In this document: positions 25,270 to 33,061 of the stretch, one piece after another | How the letters are laid out: every line of letters begins with the position of its first letter | How positions within the stretch are numbered: the stretch's first letter is position 1 | DNA from: Minisyncoccia bacterium | Lineage (GTDB): Bacteria > Patescibacteriota > Minisyncoccia > Phycocordibacterales > Zambryskibacteraceae | Assembly (NCBI GenBank): GCA_049304335.1 | Contig: JBAQOA010000014.1 | Coordinates: 1 to 53,405 of the forward strand | Direction of reading: 5' to 3' | Length of the DNA stretch: 53,405 nt | Notes under the pieces: model-generated | Told to the model about the DNA's origin: nothing | The model's input: the letters and a program-made list of their open reading frames with translations, nothing else | The model's database searches: none | Position numbers and translations under genes: made by a program

Positions 25270-25869
25270 TTGTCACTGGTAAATGTCTTCATTTGGGTGT
25301 CGTTTATCTTCTCGTTTGGCGCGTACATTCCGTACATCTACGCCATCCTGAAGACACGCGACACGGCGAATTGTGTTCGTCCGCATCGGGCGACGTGGTT
25401 CGTGTGGTGGATGATTGACGCCAGTATGACGTTTGCACTGGCATCAGCTGGATCCTGGAACGCTGTGCCGATGTTCAGCGCATTCGTACTAGGTTCGAGC
25501 ATTGTCCTCATTCTGTCAGTCAAAAACGGAGTGGGTGGCTTTGCAAAGCTGGACATCATCTGCGTGCTGATTGCGCTAGTCGGGCTTGCGGTGTGGAGAA
25601 TGAATGCCCAGGGCAATCCGGAAGTTGCCGTTCTGGCTAACATGCTAGCCGGCACCACCGGCACCATCCCGAACATCATCAAGGCATACCGCGATCCGGA
25701 GTCAGAAGACTTGACTGCGTGGACGATGTTTCTCATCGGTGGATTCTTCAACTCGTTGACGATTCCAGAGTTCACGCTAATCAGGGCAGGTGGTACGCTG
25801 TTGGTTTTCGGTCTTCAGATCTGCCTGTTCACAGCCCTTGTCTTGGGGAGGAGAGCACACAAGAAGTGA
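25270..25869 (+). CDS. GC-rich polytopic membrane protein (6-7 TM), function unknown
   Basis: TTG start 4 nt after AGGAGG (25260-25265). Hydrophobic helices throughout. A GC-rich hairpin lies downstream. Confidence 0.55.
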   Translation: MSLVNVFIWVSFIFSFGAYIPYIYAILKTRDTANCVRPHRATWFVWWMIDASMTFALASAGSWNAVPMFSAFVLGSSIVLILSVKNGVGGFAKLDIICVLIALVGLAVWRMNAQGNPEVAVLANMLAGTTGTIPNIIKAYRDPESEDLTAWTMFLIGGFFNSLTIPEFTLIRAGGTLLVFGLQICLFTALVLGRRAHKK

Positions 25870-25886
25870 GAAGAGAAGATACATAG

Positions 25887-25917
25887 AGCGCCGGAATCCC
25901 AAGCGGGTTCCGGCGCT
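25887..25917 (+). terminator. GC-rich hairpin terminator
   Basis: AGCGCCGGAA..TTCCGGCGCT followed by TGTTTTTA. Confidence 0.7.
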
Positions 25918-26079
25918 TGTTTTTATATTTAAATTACCTAGCAAAGCGAGCAGAATAGGACCCCCCTATCTTTAAAAAACAGGCGGCGGGAGTATGGATA
26001 CTTCGGCACCATTGACACCAAGTTTTTTTAATTCTCTAAGTGGAAATAAATGTGAAAATGTGGATAAGATTGTCATCGA

Positions 26080-26125
26080 GTGGGATGAAGTGGGACTATA
26101 ATACTATCTAGTGGGATGAAGTGGG
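26080..26125 (+). promoter_or_regulatory. MraZ-operator-like array of four GTGGG boxes upstream of mraZ
   Basis: GTGGG at 26080, 26090, 26111 and 26121 (spacing 10/21/10), as two GTGGGATGAAGTGGGA units flanking TATAAT (26097-26102). Confidence 0.6.
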
Positions 26126-26174
26126 ATACCCGCTAAAAAGTGTCTCGGCTATCCGAGATTTATAAAAAAGCCAA

Positions 26175-26609
26175 ATGTTAATCGGAGAATTTACACATGC
26201 ACTTGATGACAAAAAAAGAATTTCTTTGCCATCCAAATTTCGAAAAGAAATTGGAACAAAAATTGTCGTCACTTATGGCCTAGACAAATGTCTTTGGCTT
26301 TTTCCGGTTAAAGCTTGGCAACAATTATCTTCAAAGCTCGCAAACTTGGGACTTGGACAAGCAGACAATCGTCAATTCACAAGAGCAATGTTTGGAGGGG
26401 CTGGTGAGATAGACGTGGATTCAGCCGGAAGAATTCTTTTGCCAGAATATTTGTGCGATCACGCTGGGCTTAAGGCAAAAGTAGTATTTGTTGGAATTCA
26501 CGACAGGGTGGAATTGTGGAATGAAAAAGAGTGGCAGATACACAAGAAGAAGGCACTTGGGAAAGCAGACCAACTTGCAGAAAAACTTGGAAATCTAGGA
26601 ACGCTCTAA
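26175..26609 (+). CDS. mraZ: transcriptional regulator MraZ
   Basis: GEFTHALDDKKRISLPSKFR and the second half-domain GRILLPEYL. First gene of the dcw cluster. Confidence 0.9.
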   Translation: MLIGEFTHALDDKKRISLPSKFRKEIGTKIVVTYGLDKCLWLFPVKAWQQLSSKLANLGLGQADNRQFTRAMFGGAGEIDVDSAGRILLPEYLCDHAGLKAKVVFVGIHDRVELWNEKEWQIHKKKALGKADQLAEKLGNLGTL

Positions 26610-26610
26610 C

Positions 26611-27510
26611 ATGGCAATTCATAAACCAGTTCTTTTACAGGAAACAATTACAAATCTGAAGTTGTCCGCAGGAATGGTTGTTGTAGACGGAACGCTTGGA
26701 GGGGGTGGACATGCTAGAGAAATTATAAAAAGCATTGCTCCAAACGGAACCCTTGTCGGCGTTGATGTTGATAACAATACGCTGGATAAAACAAAATCAG
26801 AATTGGAAGTATTTGCTAAAGAATTATCAGTACATGCGATTTTTGCAAATGATAGTTTTAGAAATCTAAAAGAAATTACTTCTAACGCAAGTCTTCAAGA
26901 AGTAAATGCAATTCTTTTAGACCTAGGTTTCTCTAGCGATCAAATGGATTTGTCTGGCAGGGGCTTTTCTCACCAAAGAGATGAGCCTTTGCAAATGAAT
27001 CTCGCAACAACCGAAGGAATTACTGCACTCGACATTGTAAACACTTGGGATGAGGCCGGAATAGAAGAAATACTAAGGGACTACGGCGAGGAGCAATTTG
27101 CAACAGAAATAGCAAAAAAGATTTGTGAAGTGCGAGAGCAAGCGCCAATAATGAAAACGACAGACTTGGTACAAGTAATAATGAGCGCAACTCCAAGTTG
27201 GTATCATCACAGAAAAATTCATCCTGCGACAAAAACATTTCAAGCATTGCGGATTGCTGTAAATGATGAGCTAGGGGCGTTGAGGGAGTTTTTGCAACAA
27301 GTACCAAGTGTCATTGCTTCAAAGGGGCGCTTAGCAGTTATTAGTTTCCACAGTTTAGAGGACCGTATTGTAAAGCTTCAGTTTGTGGCTTGGGAAAGAA
27401 GTGGAATTGCAAAAAGGGTTAATAAAAAAGTAATCAAGCCAGAAAGGGAAGAAGTTTTAACGAATCGAAGGTCTAGGTCGGCAAAACTGCGGGTATGTGA
27501 GTTTATTTAA
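26611..27510 (+). CDS. rsmH: 16S rRNA (cytosine1402-N4)-methyltransferase
   Basis: HKPVLLQE, VDGTLGGGGH, DLGFSS and SFHSLEDRIVK. Confidence 0.9.
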   Translation: MAIHKPVLLQETITNLKLSAGMVVVDGTLGGGGHAREIIKSIAPNGTLVGVDVDNNTLDKTKSELEVFAKELSVHAIFANDSFRNLKEITSNASLQEVNAILLDLGFSSDQMDLSGRGFSHQRDEPLQMNLATTEGITALDIVNTWDEAGIEEILRDYGEEQFATEIAKKICEVREQAPIMKTTDLVQVIMSATPSWYHHRKIHPATKTFQALRIAVNDELGALREFLQQVPSVIASKGRLAVISFHSLEDRIVKLQFVAWERSGIAKRVNKKVIKPEREEVLTNRRSRSAKLRVCEFI

Positions 27511-27515
27511 TAAAT

Positions 27516-27827
27516 ATGAAAGCAATAGCAACAATACAAAAGGGTAGATACACAGCACATGTATTAATGGGTGTCGCTTTTGCCTTTGTACTTATTTATA
27601 TTTTAAGCACTTTTTCAATTGTTAAAAATACTGCAATGCGCGCACAGGCACAAAATGAAATAAATAAATTATCTGGTTCTGTTGGTGACCTTGAATTCAC
27701 TTATATAAGCATGAAAAACTCATTAACAAATGAAAGTATAGCTAGTGTTGGGTTAGAGCCAGTTTCTAATATTGCTTATATTTCAAGATCAGCAGGCATA
27801 TCTGCACTTGCAGTTAGAACTCAATAA
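27516..27827 (+). CDS. ftsL: FtsL-like small bitopic division protein
   Basis: Position between rsmH and ftsI. One TM helix followed by a short coiled coil. Confidence 0.5.
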   Translation: MKAIATIQKGRYTAHVLMGVAFAFVLIYILSTFSIVKNTAMRAQAQNEINKLSGSVGDLEFTYISMKNSLTNESIASVGLEPVSNIAYISRSAGISALAVRTQ

Positions 27828-27830
27828 TTT

Positions 27831-29534
27831 ATGGCGTACCAATCTGGAAGAATCAGATGGTTTTCCATTATCATCTTTAGTTTCGGACTGTTGCTCGTAG
27901 GCAGGTTGTATTTTTTGCAAATTGTACAGGGTGAAGACTTTAAATCATTAGCAGATAAACAGTATGTTCGCTCCACATATGATTACTTTGACAGAGGTTC
28001 AATTTTTTTTACAAGTAAAGGCGGCAATTTAGTTCCGGCAGCTTCACTTAAGACTGGGTTTATTTTGTCTGTGCACCCAGATGAGATGACAGATGTAGAA
28101 ACAGCTTATGAAAAAACAAATAATTTAATAAGCATTGATAAGAACGACTTTACAACTAAGGCTTTGAAGAAGGGCGACCCAGAAGAAAGATTGCTAACTA
28201 AATTAGATAAGGGTGTTGCAGATAAGATTGACGCATTAAAAATAAAAGGCATTCATCTCGCACAAGAGAGATGGAGATTCTATCCTGGAAACACTTTAGC
28301 TGCGCATACGTTGGGTTTTATTGGTTATGATGAAAAAAGTAATTTAAACGGTCGCTACGGATTAGAAAGGTTTTATGAGAATACTCTAGGGAGAAATAAT
28401 AGTGACGCTTACACAAATTTTTTTGTAGAAGTTTTTAGCGGAATAAAAAAGGTATTAGTACAAGGCGAGTCACTTGAAGGAGATATCGTCACAACAATAG
28501 AACCATCTGTACAGGCATATTTAGAAAATCAATTACAAGGAGTAATTAATGATTGGCATTCAGAATACGCTGGGGGAATAATTATGGATCCAATCAACGG
28601 TGAAATTTATGCAATGGCCCTTGTTCCAACATTTGATCCGAATAATGTGCAAAAAGAAAAATCAGTTGCAGTATTTCAAAACAAATTGGTTGAAAGTGTC
28701 TACGAAATGGGATCTATTGTAAAACCCTTAACAATGGCTGCTGGCATTGATGGTGGAGTAGTTACGCCCCAGAGTACATATTTTGATGCGGGAAGTGTAA
28801 CTTTGAATGGCAAGACAATATCAAATTACGACCACAGGGGTAGAGGTCTTATACCTATGCAAGAGGTTTTAAACCAATCTTTAAATACAGGAACGGTTTT
28901 CGTGGCTACAAAGCTTGGTAGAGAGCAATTCACAAAGTATATGAAGGCGTACGGGCTAGGGCAGGAGACCGGTATAGACCTCCCAAACGAAACACACGGC
29001 CTAATTAACAACTTAGATAGCAAGGTTGAAGTTGACTATGCAACTGCAGCTTTTGGGCAAGGTATAGCAATAACCCCGATCGAGACTATAAGAGCACTAG
29101 CCTCACTCTCAAATGGTGGCTTTTTAGTAAACCCTCATATTGTTAAGCAAATTAACTACAAACTAGGGGGTGAAAAAGTGATAGTGCCTGACCCAAGTTT
29201 AAGAATATTAAAACAATCAACATCTGAGGCCATAACTTCTATGCTTATAAAGGTTGTTGATACGGCCCTTCTCCATGGGCAAGTTAAACAAGCAAACTAT
29301 AGTATCGCTGCTAAAACTGGCACAGCGCAAGTTGTAAGAGGAAAGGTTTATGCTACAGATGAGTATTTGCATTCATTTTTTGGTTATTTTCCAGCTTACA
29401 AACCGCGTTTTATAGTTTTTCTATTCAATATGTATCCTAAAAATGTTCAATATGCATCAGAAACTCTGACACATCCATTTATTGACATTGCAAAGTTTTT
29501 GATAAATTATTACGAAATTCCACCAGATAGATAA
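27831..29534 (+). CDS. ftsI: penicillin-binding protein (FtsI-type division transpeptidase)
   Basis: N-terminal TM helix, SxxK (GSIVKP), SxN (SLNTG) and KTG (KTGTAQ). Located in the dcw cluster. Confidence 0.8.
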   Translation: MAYQSGRIRWFSIIIFSFGLLLVGRLYFLQIVQGEDFKSLADKQYVRSTYDYFDRGSIFFTSKGGNLVPAASLKTGFILSVHPDEMTDVETAYEKTNNLISIDKNDFTTKALKKGDPEERLLTKLDKGVADKIDALKIKGIHLAQERWRFYPGNTLAAHTLGFIGYDEKSNLNGRYGLERFYENTLGRNNSDAYTNFFVEVFSGIKKVLVQGESLEGDIVTTIEPSVQAYLENQLQGVINDWHSEYAGGIIMDPINGEIYAMALVPTFDPNNVQKEKSVAVFQNKLVESVYEMGSIVKPLTMAAGIDGGVVTPQSTYFDAGSVTLNGKTISNYDHRGRGLIPMQEVLNQSLNTGTVFVATKLGREQFTKYMKAYGLGQETGIDLPNETHGLINNLDSKVEVDYATAAFGQGIAITPIETIRALASLSNGGFLVNPHIVKQINYKLGGEKVIVPDPSLRILKQSTSEAITSMLIKVVDTALLHGQVKQANYSIAAKTGTAQVVRGKVYATDEYLHSFFGYFPAYKPRFIVFLFNMYPKNVQYASETLTHPFIDIAKFLINYYEIPPDR

Positions 29535-29537
29535 TTT

Positions 29538-30848
29538 ATGAAACAAGCAACAAAAGAGCATTTTAAGCAAATAGTAGTCATCGTTTTAACACTTTTGTCA
29601 AAAAAGGTTTTAAAAAAATATAGTCCCAAAATAATCGCTGTTACAGGATCGGTGGGCAAAACTACAACAAAGGATGCAGTTTATTCTGCAATTGCTCCAT
29701 TTAAAAATGTTAGAAAAAGTGAAAAAAGTTTTAATAGTGAAATTGGGATTCCTCTAACGATTTTGGGTTGTAATAACGCATGGTCGAATCCGCTTTTATG
29801 GTTTGAAAATTTTCTTAAAGGAATAATTTTAATTGTTTTTAAAAAACAATATCCAGATTGGTTGGTATTAGAGGTTGGTGCGGATAGGCCAGGTGATATA
29901 AAAAAAATATCTGAGTGGCTTAAACCCGATATTGTTATTTTAACTAAACTACCCGATATACCTGTTCATGTTGAATATTTTTCTAGCACAGAGGATTTGA
30001 TAATGGAAAAAATAAATTTGGTTGCCGCACTAAAAAAGGGTGGATTGTTGATTATAAATGCTGATGATGAAAATCAGCTAAAAGCTGTCAAGAGCTTTGA
30101 TTGCAGGAAGATGACTTATGGAACAAGTGACGCCGATATGCAGGTGAGTACGGTACTCATAAATTATGCAATCAGCAACGACATAGAGCTACCGATTGGA
30201 ATCACATTTGAATTAATCTTTGGTGATAGCAAGACTTCTATAAACATTGATAACATACTAGGAAATCATGTTGCTTTGGCTTGCGCAGCAAGTGCAATGG
30301 TCGCAATTGAGTTAGGTATAGATTTTATGGGAGTTAAAAAAGGTTTATCAATGTTTGATAGACCTAAAGGCAGAATGAATCTCATTGATGGCCTAAAGAA
30401 TACGTCAATAATTGATGATAGTTACAATTCTTCGCCGGTAGCCGTTGAGGAAGCATTAAATACCTTAAAAGAACTAAATTGCACAGGTAAAAAAATAATT
30501 GTGATGGGAGACATGTTGGAATTAGGTAGCTTTACAAATGGAGAGCATTACAGATTGGGTAAATTAATGGCTCAAGTGGGCGACATTTTAATAACAGTTG
30601 GCATAAGAGCAAAATTTTTTGCAGAAGGCGCGCTTGATGCTGGTATGAGCGAAAAAAACATCTTTCAATACGAAAATTCACAAAAAGCAGGGCAAGAGGT
30701 ACAAAACATTATGGATAATGGCGATATTTTGCTAGTTAAGGGTTCACAGGGTGTAAGAATGGACAGATTTGTTGAGGAAGTAATGGCTAATCCAGAACTT
30801 AAAAATGAACTTTTGGTTCGGCAAAGTATTGAGTGGGAAAATAGATAA
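29538..30848 (+). CDS. murF: UDP-N-acetylmuramoyl-tripeptide--D-alanyl-D-alanine ligase
   Basis: Mur ligase P-loop VTGSVGKTTTKD, DSYNSSP and GDMLELG. Confidence 0.8.
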   Translation: MKQATKEHFKQIVVIVLTLLSKKVLKKYSPKIIAVTGSVGKTTTKDAVYSAIAPFKNVRKSEKSFNSEIGIPLTILGCNNAWSNPLLWFENFLKGIILIVFKKQYPDWLVLEVGADRPGDIKKISEWLKPDIVILTKLPDIPVHVEYFSSTEDLIMEKINLVAALKKGGLLIINADDENQLKAVKSFDCRKMTYGTSDADMQVSTVLINYAISNDIELPIGITFELIFGDSKTSINIDNILGNHVALACAASAMVAIELGIDFMGVKKGLSMFDRPKGRMNLIDGLKNTSIIDDSYNSSPVAVEEALNTLKELNCTGKKIIVMGDMLELGSFTNGEHYRLGKLMAQVGDILITVGIRAKFFAEGALDAGMSEKNIFQYENSQKAGQEVQNIMDNGDILLVKGSQGVRMDRFVEEVMANPELKNELLVRQSIEWENR

Positions 30849-31039
30849 CAGTTTTACTGTTTTTAGAATTTTTGTAACCTTGTACACCGCCAAGCTATTG
30901 ATGTGTAGGCCAAAAAAGCGAAGCAAAGTATATGTATGATCCACCTGCAACATCCTATATGTTAATAACCGCTCTAATACTTTTGTCACGTGGCTGGTAA
31001 ATACAATGCGTAACTGGTATTTTATGAAAATATAGTTAG

Positions 31040-32008
31040 ATGAAACATAGATATAAATACATAGTTTTGATTCTGATTATTGCAATTTTTATTATTGTTG
31101 CATTTATTTATACTTCGGATAAATGTGTAAACAAGAATTTTTTTATAAATCCATATCTAAAATGTCAAACAGATGATGTAGTTGCAAAAGGAGAATATAG
31201 AAACTTTAAAGTGAAATTGCAGGAGTATATAGATCAAAAAACTAGAAACGGAGAGCTAGACGACATTGGTATTTGGTTTAGAGATCTAGAGTTTGGTCCA
31301 ACGTTTGGAATTAATGAAAGAAAGGATTTTGTACCGGCTAGCTTACTGAAGTTGCCATTAGCACTGACTTATTATGATCTAGCATCTACAAATCGCGACC
31401 TGCTTGATGAAAGGTTAATTTTTCCATCCAATTTACCACCAGTACCAGTACAAACATTTAAACCTATAGAAAGGCCAGAATTAGGTAAGTCATATACAAT
31501 TTCTGAACTTATTCGTTTTATGCTTGTGTATTCAGATAATGTCTCTGCACAAATGCTCTATGACAACCTATTACAAAACTACCAAGACGCACAACCGTTA
31601 AAGGAAACATATAGAGATATGGGAATTATTGATGTAAGCCATAATTTTGATGAAGTTAGTGTAAATACTAAAGGTTATGGTTCTATTTTTAGATTATTGC
31701 ACAACATATCATTTCTTAATGTAGGCGATTCTAATACAGTATTAGAATTACTCAGTGAATCGGACTTTAAATTGGGATTAGTTGCTGGCGTGCCACCAGA
31801 AATAAAAGTAGCGCACAAATTTGGTGAAAGGGTGCTAGAGGGAAATGCAGGAAAAGAGTTGCACGATTGTGGAATAATCTATTATCCACAAAATGCGTAT
31901 GCACTGTGCGTAATGACTAAGGGTAATGATTTCAAGCAGCTATCTAAAATCATTGCTGATATTTCAAAGATGGTTTATCAAGAATTTGACTCAAGAAAGC
32001 TAAACTAA
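31040..32008 (+). CDS. class A beta-lactamase-fold serine hydrolase (DD-peptidase-like), membrane-anchored
   Basis: SxxK (ASLLK), SDN (YSDNVSA) and a KxG-like HKFGE. N-terminal TM helix. Confidence 0.55.
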   Translation: MKHRYKYIVLILIIAIFIIVAFIYTSDKCVNKNFFINPYLKCQTDDVVAKGEYRNFKVKLQEYIDQKTRNGELDDIGIWFRDLEFGPTFGINERKDFVPASLLKLPLALTYYDLASTNRDLLDERLIFPSNLPPVPVQTFKPIERPELGKSYTISELIRFMLVYSDNVSAQMLYDNLLQNYQDAQPLKETYRDMGIIDVSHNFDEVSVNTKGYGSIFRLLHNISFLNVGDSNTVLELLSESDFKLGLVAGVPPEIKVAHKFGERVLEGNAGKELHDCGIIYYPQNAYALCVMTKGNDFKQLSKIIADISKMVYQEFDSRKLN

Positions 32009-32128
32009 TTGAATAATGCATGGTTAATTGTGGTCACGAATCACTAAATATTTTATTCTTGCAGATAAAATATAAGTGTTCGCGACCCCGGCTCGGTAAT
32101 TTCCCTGCGGGAAATTATACCAGCGCCC

Positions 32129-32179
32129 TCACAAATTGCCCGCAGGCAAAGCAGTTTGCCTGCTTCCTGCAATTTGTGA
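32129..32179 (-). terminator. 51-nt hairpin immediately 3' of tRNA-Glu
   Basis: TCACAAATTGC..GCAGGCAAA ctgc TTTGCCTGC..GCAATTTGTGA. The outer 3 bp include the last 3 nt of the tRNA. Confidence 0.5.
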
Positions 32180-32248
32180 CCCTACAGAGAATCGAACTCT
32201 GGTTTGAGCCTTGAGAAGGCTCCGTCCTAGCCGCTAGACGATAGGGCC
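32177..32248 (-). tRNA. tRNA-Glu (anticodon CUC)
   Basis: Hand-folded cloverleaf: acceptor GGCCCTA/TAGGGTC, D arm GTCT-AGCGGCT-AGGAC, anticodon stem GAGCC/GGCTC with loop TTCTCAA, T arm CAGAG-TTCGATT-CTCTG. No encoded CCA. Confidence 0.9.
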
Positions 32249-32286
32249 TGATGTTTCAGGATACATTGTTTTATAATGTGATTCAA

Positions 32287-32550
32287 ATGAAAAAAGATTT
32301 ATTTAAAGAAAGAGTGCTAAAGGTGGTCCGCGATATTCCAAAAGGAAAAACACTTTCGTATGGAGAAGTTGCAAAATTTTCAGGCAATCCCGGGGCAGCA
32401 CGGGCAGTTGGGACATTGATGAAAAATAATCATGACAAAACGGTTCCTTGTCATAGAGTTATTAAATCAAATGGGGAAGTGGGTGAGTACAATAATGGTG
32501 GACCAAATAGAAAGCGCGCCCTACTCCGTAGAGAGGGCGCGCAAGTCTGA
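32287..32550 (+). CDS. ogt: methylated-DNA--protein-cysteine methyltransferase (MGMT/Ogt C-domain type)
   Basis: PCHRV active site and YGEVAKFSGNPGAARAVG. Trimmed to ATG 32287, which lies 9 nt after TATAAT (32272-32277). Confidence 0.75.
   Translation: MKKDLFKERVLKVVRDIPKGKTLSYGEVAKFSGNPGAARAVGTLMKNNHDKTVPCHRVIKSNGEVGEYNNGGPNRKRALLRREGAQV
32514..32542 (-). terminator. GC-rich hairpin terminator of the lipoprotein island, embedded in the ogt 3' end
   Basis: GCGCGCCCT..AGGGCGCGC. On the minus strand it is followed by TTTCTATTT. Confidence 0.55.
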
Positions 32551-32562
32551 CGAGCAACGACA

Positions 32563-32943
32563 CTAGTGGCAGTTGATGTGAGGGTATGTGCTGTAACCCT
32601 CAACACTGATACTGCTCACCCTGTCGCTCACCAATGTGCACTGCAACAGGAAGTCGTCGTACTTGTTGTGAAAACGCACGTCGCCTGTCCATTGGTGAGC
32701 ATGCGGTCCGGTCATCATCCCTTCGGTGACCTGAGACACTTCCAGTTCAAGCACAACCTGAACTGGTCTGCTGTGGGCCTGCAACTTGAAAGTCGCTGGT
32801 CCGATGTAGAGCGTGCCGGCGTCATCGGTCAGGTTCTGCACCGAGACTGGGAATTTCTTCGGTACCGTTTGCGTTCCGCAAGCGGTAAAAAAGATTGCCA
32901 ATCCGAGGAGGATGCAGTACGGATTACCAAACAACTTTCTCAT
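32563..32943 (-). CDS. GC-rich putative lipoprotein
   Basis: Signal peptide with lipobox FFTAC. GGAGG lies 5 nt before the ATG. The mature part is beta-rich. Confidence 0.6.
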   Translation of the reverse strand: MRKLFGNPYCILLGLAIFFTACGTQTVPKKFPVSVQNLTDDAGTLYIGPATFKLQAHSRPVQVVLELEVSQVTEGMMTGPHAHQWTGDVRFHNKYDDFLLQCTLVSDRVSSISVEGYSTYPHINCH

Positions 32944-33046
32944 ATCTGCCTCCGTGAAGATGTCTGGTACAACTATACACCCAATTTAACATGGTGTCAA
33001 GTAGAAAATTTGAGTTGAATAATACCTCTAAACAAAGCCACAAAAC

Positions 33047-33055
33047 TGTTATAAT
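33047..33055 (+). promoter_or_regulatory. extended -10 box TGTTATAAT, 6 nt before ATG 33062
   Basis: TATAAT at 33050-33055 with TG at 33047-33048. Confidence 0.55.
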
Positions 33056-33061
33056 TTTGAT

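Noticed and set aside
32020-32214. 64-aa ORF overlapping tRNA-Glu and its downstream hairpins.
   Set aside because: It overlaps a confidently folded tRNA and a 51-nt palindrome on the other strand. It is a shadow ORF.
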